DNA from: Occultella glacieicola
GTDB taxonomy: Bacteria; Actinomycetota; Actinomycetes; Actinomycetales; Beutenbergiaceae
Reading direction: 5' to 3'
DNA: 64,000 nucleotides
Assembly: GCF_004353825.1 (NCBI RefSeq)
Contig: NZ_SMNA01000005.1
Span: forward strand, 186,001-250,000
The position numbers were made by a program, and so were the translations under genes. This document shows positions 58,685 through 64,000 of this stretch, in pieces. The notes under the pieces were generated by a model. The model was not told where the DNA came from. It saw only the letters and a list, made by a program, of their open reading frames with translations, and did not search any database. The stretch's first letter is position 1. Every line of letters begins with the position of its first letter.

Positions 58685-59542
58685 TCAGGCCGTCTTGATC
58701 ACATGGACGAAGCAGCCGGGTACCTCCCGGTCACGGCGCCGGTCCGCCTCCGGAGTTGCCCCAACGAACCGGTCCACCTCCTCCTGCACCGGTAGCAGGT
58801 GCGGAAGTTGGGCCCGCCCGTCCCGGAAGACGGCGTGTCCACCGACGGCGATCGCCGGCCACCAGTTCTCGATCTCGGCGCGGATCCCGTCGCCCGAGAC
58901 CGAGGCGTCGAAGAAGACCAGGTCGTAGGGGTCGGGGCCCGGCTCGTGCAGCCGGGTGTCCCCGACCACCAGGTCCACCTGCTCGCGCAGCCCCATCCGG
59001 TCGAGCACGCGCTCCAGTTCCGGACCCCAGACGTCCTGCTTGGGGTTGCCGTCGATGGAGGTCACCCGGGCACCGCTCGCGGCGTAGAACACGGTCGAGC
59101 CACCGCGGAAGCGGCCGAGTTCGGCCATGCGCGGTCGATCGATCGCGGCCAGGATCCGGTAGAGGTAGGCGGCCTCGTCGAAGTCGAGGCGGGTGAACCG
59201 GTGGTTCAACCAGTTCGAGGAGAACAGCCAGACCAGGTCCTCGAAGCGCTCCGCCGGCACCCGGAACGCGGGCTCCGCCTGCGCCGTGTCCCAGTCCGCG
59301 GTGCGCGCCATCTTGTCCGAGAGGGAGAGCAGGAGTTCGGCGCGCACGTGTGGGTTGCGCATCGCCGAGCGGACGATGGCGAGCCCCACACGGCTACCCA
59401 CCACGGCGGAGGCCGTGCGACGTCCCACGGAACGCACACCCGAGCCGGCGGCTCTCTGCGGGCCGAGCCAGATGCGGTCGGACACCGGTGAGCCGGCCGA
59501 ACGCGACGGTGGAAACGAGCGCTTGAGCGTAGACAACACCAC
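58685..59542 (-). CDS. Class I SAM-dependent methyltransferase (Methyltransf_24-like)
   Basis: ELGRFRGGST, SID, DLVFFDA and GGHAVFRD motifs; start uncertain. Confidence 0.75.
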   Translation of the reverse strand: MVLSTLKRSFPPSRSAGSPVSDRIWLGPQRAAGSGVRSVGRRTASAVVGSRVGLAIVRSAMRNPHVRAELLLSLSDKMARTADWDTAQAEPAFRVPAERFEDLVWLFSSNWLNHRFTRLDFDEAAYLYRILAAIDRPRMAELGRFRGGSTVFYAASGARVTSIDGNPKQDVWGPELERVLDRMGLREQVDLVVGDTRLHEPGPDPYDLVFFDASVSGDGIRAEIENWWPAIAVGGHAVFRDGRAQLPHLLPVQEEVDRFVGATPEADRRRDREVPGCFVHVIKTA

Positions 59543-59731
59543 GAGAACTCCCCGGAAAACGTCGGTCGTGCCGCTTCGCGGACAGGCCGAAACGATGGCA
59601 CCCCGCGATGAACTCCAGACGTGACGAAGGCTATTACTCGAGGTCGCCGTCCGTGGCCGAATGATGAGCCCCGGAGATTTGGATCCTGTCGCGCGGATCC
59701 GCCGCCCGGCGCGCACCGTGTGAGAGAACGC

Positions 59732-60727
59732 TCAGAAGATCCGGTTCGACACCTCCGCGGGCGCCAGCAGCAACTCCTTCAATTCGTCGTCGACCTTGAG
59801 CAGGGTCAGCGAGGCGCCGGCCATGTCCAGGGAGGTGCAGTACTCGCCCACGTAGCTGCGGAACACCGAGATGCCCTGGTCCGCGAGCTTGCGGTGGGCG
59901 ATCCCGTAGAGCAGGTACTGCTCGCTGATCGGGGTGCCCCCGAGTCCGTTGATCATCAGGGCGACCTCGTCGCCGGAGGAGTACGGCAGGTCCGGCACCA
60001 CCGCGTCGAGCAGGATGTCGACGATCTCGTCGGCCGTCGCGAGCTTGACCCGTTCCCGGCCCGGTTCGCCGTGGATGCCGATGCCGACCTCCATCTCGTC
60101 GTCACCGATCTCGAACAGGGGGGTGCCGCGCTCGGGCGGCGTGCAGGAGGTGAGCGCGATGCCCATGCTGCGCACGGACGCGATCACCTTCTCCCCGATC
60201 CGGACCAGTTCCTCCAGCTCGGCGCCGTTCTCCGACGCGGCCCCGGTGGCCTTGATGACGAAGAAGTTGCCGGCCACCCCGCGACGCCCGACGGTCCAGG
60301 TGGAGTCCTTGACCGCGACGTCATCGTCGACGAGCAGGGCACCGACCTTCATGCCGTCGGCCTCGCACATCTCCTTGGCCATCTCCCAGGCGGTGCGGTC
60401 GCCGGTGTAGTTGTTGACCAGGTGCAGGATGCCCTTGGGCGAGTAGAGCAACTTGGACGTCTCGTAGACGAACTCCACGGGAGGTCCCGCGAACACGTCA
60501 CCGGGGCACGCGCCGTCGAGCATTCCCTTCCCGACGATCATGGTGTGCGCGGGCTCGTGACCCGAGCCGGATCCCTGGATGATGCTGACCTTGTTCTCGA
60601 AGGGTGCGTCGGCCCGGTAGATGAGGTTGTAGCGGGAGTCGTAGCTGAGCCCTCCCCCGCTGGCGAGCTGGATGCCGGTCAGCATCTCGGGGACGAACTG
60701 ACGTGGGTCGTTGACGAACTTCTTCAC
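59732..60727 (-). CDS. dhaK: Dihydroxyacetone kinase subunit K
   Basis: KKFVNDP, GSGHEP, NYTGD, GRRGVAG and GIHGEPG motifs. Confidence 0.93.
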   Translation of the reverse strand: MKKFVNDPRQFVPEMLTGIQLASGGGLSYDSRYNLIYRADAPFENKVSIIQGSGSGHEPAHTMIVGKGMLDGACPGDVFAGPPVEFVYETSKLLYSPKGILHLVNNYTGDRTAWEMAKEMCEADGMKVGALLVDDDVAVKDSTWTVGRRGVAGNFFVIKATGAASENGAELEELVRIGEKVIASVRSMGIALTSCTPPERGTPLFEIGDDEMEVGIGIHGEPGRERVKLATADEIVDILLDAVVPDLPYSSGDEVALMINGLGGTPISEQYLLYGIAHRKLADQGISVFRSYVGEYCTSLDMAGASLTLLKVDDELKELLLAPAEVSNRIF

Positions 60728-61383
60728 TGTCCGGCTCCTTGCCGTGAGTCGCGCCACGCGGCGCTGATGTCCTGCAGGATCACCCCGATGGCGGTCGCCC
60801 CCGCGTCCACCGATGCGCGGCTGCGTTCGCCCGTGTAGGCGGCACGGCCACGTTTCGCGAGCATGCCCAGCGTCGCCTCCGCGGCCGTGACCGCGACGTC
60901 GGCTGCCTTCTGCACGGCGGCGACACCGCCGTCGTCGAACCCCTCGGCGATGCTGGCCTCCAGCGAGTCCACCGCCGGCACCAGCGCGTCGAGCAGGGTC
61001 TTGTCCCCCAGTTCCGCCTGTCCCCGCTGGGAGATGCCGGTGACGGCGGCCCGCAGGACCTCGATCAGTTCGGGCCCGGTGAGGCTGGTGCGGTCCCCCG
61101 CGGCGGCTGCGGCCCGCATGAACGCCGTGCCCCAGATCGGGCCGCTGACCCCGCCGACCTTGCCGGCGATCACGAAGCCGACCTTCTTCAGCACCGCGCC
61201 CACACTCGAGTGGTCGAAGGAGTCGTAGTCGGCCTGGACCACCTCGAAGCCGTTGCGCAAGGAGAACCCGAAATCGCCGTCACCGGCCACGGCGTCCAAC
61301 TGCGCGAACTCCTCCGCGTTGTCCACGATGGTCCGCGCCATCGTGCGCAGGACGAGGTCGACGTCGCCGTTCGTCTCAGTCAT
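60724..61383 (-). CDS. dhaL: Dihydroxyacetone kinase subunit L
   Basis: LDAVAGDGDFG, GGVSGP, GDKTLLDAL and KRGRAAY.GERS motifs. Confidence 0.92.
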   Translation of the reverse strand: MTETNGDVDLVLRTMARTIVDNAEEFAQLDAVAGDGDFGFSLRNGFEVVQADYDSFDHSSVGAVLKKVGFVIAGKVGGVSGPIWGTAFMRAAAAAGDRTSLTGPELIEVLRAAVTGISQRGQAELGDKTLLDALVPAVDSLEASIAEGFDDGGVAAVQKAADVAVTAAEATLGMLAKRGRAAYTGERSRASVDAGATAIGVILQDISAAWRDSRQGAGQ

Positions 61384-61418
61384 GCCTACCTCCTGGAACC
61401 CTTCGGTCGTTGTGCGGT

Positions 61419-62192
61419 TCACTCCAAGCAGTTGCGCAGGTCGGCGAGGGTGACGAAGGCGTCCGGCCGGGCCTGGCCCCGGTTCGCCAGGACGAGGGTG
61501 GTCTCCCCACCGGGGTCACCGAGCGAGGTGACCACCAGCACGGCTTCGTCGTTCGGCTCGTCCCGGGTGTAGCCGTTCACGGTGAGCACGCAGCGCAGAC
61601 CGGCGGCCGTGGCGGCGAGCAGTCCGTTGCGGGAGTCCTCGATCACCAGGGTCCGGCTCCGGTCCGCGCCGAGCCGTTCGAGCGCGAGCTGGTAGATGTC
61701 CGGGGCCGGTTTCTTCGCGGGCACCACGTCCCCGGCGAGGACGGCGTCGAAGGCCTCCGCCCGGCGTGGCCCGACCGCCTGGGTCAGGATGGCCCGCACG
61801 GAGGGTTCTGCGGAGGTGGAGGCGACGGCGAGTTGCCACCCGGCGTCCTGGGCGGCGGTGATGATCCGGGTGATGCCGGGCCTCGGCGGCAACGCGCCGT
61901 CGGCCACCATCTGCGTGTACCGGGCGGTCTTGTACCGGTGCCAGTCGGCGATCATCTCGGCCTGCGCGCCGGGGTCGGTGGGCAGATGGTTCTCCGCCAC
62001 GAACTCCGGGGTGAGGACGCTGGCCATCCGTTCCTTGCCTCCGGCGATCTGCAGCTTGGTGGCGTAGTCGGCCTCGCTCCAATGCAGGTCGACCCCGACG
62101 TGTTCGAACGTGGCGTTGAACGCGACCCGATGCCCGTCCCGTTCGGTGTCCGCGAGCACACCGTCGCAGTCGAAGATCAGCGTGGCGCTCAC
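61419..62192 (-). CDS. HAD-superfamily sugar-phosphate phosphatase (CbbY-like)
   Basis: FDCDGVLADTERDGHRVAFN, KKPAPDIY and IEDS motifs. Confidence 0.9.
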   Translation of the reverse strand: MSATLIFDCDGVLADTERDGHRVAFNATFEHVGVDLHWSEADYATKLQIAGGKERMASVLTPEFVAENHLPTDPGAQAEMIADWHRYKTARYTQMVADGALPPRPGITRIITAAQDAGWQLAVASTSAEPSVRAILTQAVGPRRAEAFDAVLAGDVVPAKKPAPDIYQLALERLGADRSRTLVIEDSRNGLLAATAAGLRCVLTVNGYTRDEPNDEAVLVVTSLGDPGGETTLVLANRGQARPDAFVTLADLRNCLE

Positions 62193-63052
62193 AAGACCTC
62201 CCAGGCCTTCCCGGCGCTGCCGAACATCCGGATGTGCTCGGCGGCCATCTCCTGCACCGCCGCGTGCTGCGCCCGGAACAACGAGGGCGGGTCGTAGGTG
62301 CCGGGGTTGGCGCTCATGTAGTCGTAGCCGGAGGACATGAACCGGATCTTCAGCGCCGTGGAGATGTTCACCTTCGCGCAGCCGCGGGCGATCAGGTCGG
62401 CGAACTGGTCCTCGCTCATCCCGGTGCCGCCGTGCAGGGCCACCGGGATCCCGGCCCGCTCGACGATGTCGGTCACCCGCTGGTTGTCCAGCGTGGGGGT
62501 GGCGCGGTACATGCCGTGGGCGTTGCCGATGGCGGGGGCGAACACGTCCACGCCGGTGGCCTCGATGAACGCCAGCGCGGTCTCCAGGCTGAGCTCGGGC
62601 GGCGGGGCGTTCCCGGTCAGGTCCTCCACCCGGGCGAACGGCTCGATCTCACCCTCGACCAGGGCGCCGTAGTCGCGAGCCTGAGCGACCACCTCGACGC
62701 ACTGGCGCTGGTTCTCCTCGACGCTCAACTTCGAACCGTCGAAGAGCACCGAGTTCCACCCCGCCCGCAGGCACGCGGTGATCAGGTCCCGGTCCGGGCA
62801 GTGGTCCAGGTGCAGCGCCACGGGCACGCTCACCGCCTCGGCCAGCTCGGCCCAGAGCACGTAGAGCACGTTCACGCCCATCGCCTCGACCGTCTTCACC
62901 GACGTCTGCACGATCAGCGGCGCCTGCAGCTCCTGAGCCGCGGCGAGCACGGCCGCCATGGTCAGGTCGTTGACCACGTTGATCGCGGCGACCCCGTAGC
63001 GCTCCTCGAACGCCCGGTCCACGATGTCCTGCGTTCGCACGATCGGCATCAT
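62189..63052 (-). CDS. Class II fructose/tagatose-bisphosphate aldolase
   Basis: LHLDH, SVLFDGS, VEGE, IGNAHG, LHGGTG and KVNIST motifs. Confidence 0.92.
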   Translation of the reverse strand: MMPIVRTQDIVDRAFEERYGVAAINVVNDLTMAAVLAAAQELQAPLIVQTSVKTVEAMGVNVLYVLWAELAEAVSVPVALHLDHCPDRDLITACLRAGWNSVLFDGSKLSVEENQRQCVEVVAQARDYGALVEGEIEPFARVEDLTGNAPPPELSLETALAFIEATGVDVFAPAIGNAHGMYRATPTLDNQRVTDIVERAGIPVALHGGTGMSEDQFADLIARGCAKVNISTALKIRFMSSGYDYMSANPGTYDPPSLFRAQHAAVQEMAAEHIRMFGSAGKAWEVL

Positions 63053-63065
63053 CCACCTCCGGCTC

Positions 63066-64000
63066 TCATGACTCCTGCGCCCGGTCCGCCCGCGCCCCCG
63101 ACTGCAGGTTGAGGACGGCCCGGGCGTTGGGCTCGTCCACCACGAGCGCGTCGACGATGCCGGCGCGCAACACCCCGAGGATCGCCAGCGGCTTCTCCGG
63201 TCCGCACGCGACGGCCACGACGGCGGGGATGTTCCGCAGTTCAGTCAGCGACAACCCCATCACCCGTTCCGAGTGAGGCGCGGTGATCGCAGCACCCGCG
63301 GCGTCGAGGTAGGTCCCGAGCACGTCCCCGACCGCACCGCGCGCCCGCAGCCGCGCGATCTCGGCGGCGGACAGGCAGCCGGACCGCACCATGGTGCACT
63401 CGTCGTCGGTCCCGCCGATCCCCACGAGGGCCAGCGCCGCCGTCGCGGCGAGATCGAAGACGCCCCCGACGGCGTCCTGCCGGCGCAGTTGGTCCCGCAC
63501 CTGGCCGTCGGCCACGTAGGCGGGCGCATAGAGACTGTGCGCGGTGCCGTCGGCGGCGTCCGCGAGCACCCGGGCGATCTCGTTCGGGTTGGTCGGAGCG
63601 TCGACCGACGGCGATCCGCCCATCGCGCTGACGAACACGCACCCGGTGGCGGTGGGCTCCCGGAACGCGGCGGCCAGCGCGGCCAGGTCTCGCCCGTGCC
63701 CGACAGCCACCCGCTGCCCGTCCGCCAGGCGCCGCTCCAGGTACCGGGCCGCGCTGCGGCCCACCAGCGCGCGCTGCTCGGCCGGCTCCGCGGCGGCGGG
63801 CGCCACGATCGCGTGGCGGAGCCCGAAGACCTCGGCGAGGCGGTCCTCGAGGCCGAGGTCGAGCCCGCGCGGGGTGTCGATGTGGATGTCGACGACGCCG
63901 GTGGCCCGGGCCCGCTCGAGCAGCCGGCCGACCTTGGGCCGGGACAGCGCGAACTCCTCGGCGATCTGCTCCTGGGTGCGGGCGTCCACATAGGACCGGT
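63066..64000 (-). CDS. SorC/DeoR-type sugar-binding transcriptional regulator (5' end off window)
   Basis: Y....TQEQIA..F.LSRPKVGRLL..AR HTH; ALVGIG, GAVGD and K..AILG motifs. Confidence 0.88.
   Translation of the reverse strand, partial: RSYVDARTQEQIAEEFALSRPKVGRLLERARATGVVDIHIDTPRGLDLGLEDRLAEVFGLRHAIVAPAAAEPAEQRALVGRSAARYLERRLADGQRVAVGHGRDLAALAAAFREPTATGCVFVSAMGGSPSVDAPTNPNEIARVLADAADGTAHSLYAPAYVADGQVRDQLRRQDAVGGVFDLAATAALALVGIGGTDDECTMVRSGCLSAAEIARLRARGAVGDVLGTYLDAAGAAITAPHSERVMGLSLTELRNIPAVVAVACGPEKPLAILGVLRAGIVDALVVDEPNARAVLNLQSGARADRAQES

Overview
High-GC actinobacterial chromosome, probably Micrococcales-like (inferred from GC richness, gene content and leaderless starts). 1-21.3 kb is mixed accessory content: aldo/keto reductase, TetR plus epoxide hydrolase, GH20 with a large secreted lyase-like protein, a DeoR-LacI regulator, ABC-F, MFS transporters, a two-component system and a LysR/YeiH pair. 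About 21.3-59.6 kb is a large surface-glycan island: pyruvyltransferase, FrhB-like protein, five glycosyltransferases, flippase, Wzy/ligase, Wzz-like protein, sugar nucleotidyltransferase, three C-methyltransferases, Asp racemase with an Asn-synthetase-like protein, secreted proteins and an ABC exporter. An fdhF-like/fdhD pair interrupts it. The main discovery is a complete lasso peptide (RiPP) cluster inside this island (54.3-58.6 kb): RRE/B1, a 41-aa precursor absent from the ORF track (54608-54733; core GEGWAGSDDTFLYFIRYGTDPSS), a short cyclase, B2 peptidase, HPr-like kinase and nucleotidyltransferase. This predicts a phosphorylated and possibly glycosylated lasso peptide. A recurring TCACC-Nx-GGTGA palindrome lies upstream of both the glycan operons and the lasso operon. 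The window ends in a DhaKL/aldolase sugar catabolic operon. All calls come from reading motifs by eye; no database searches were run.
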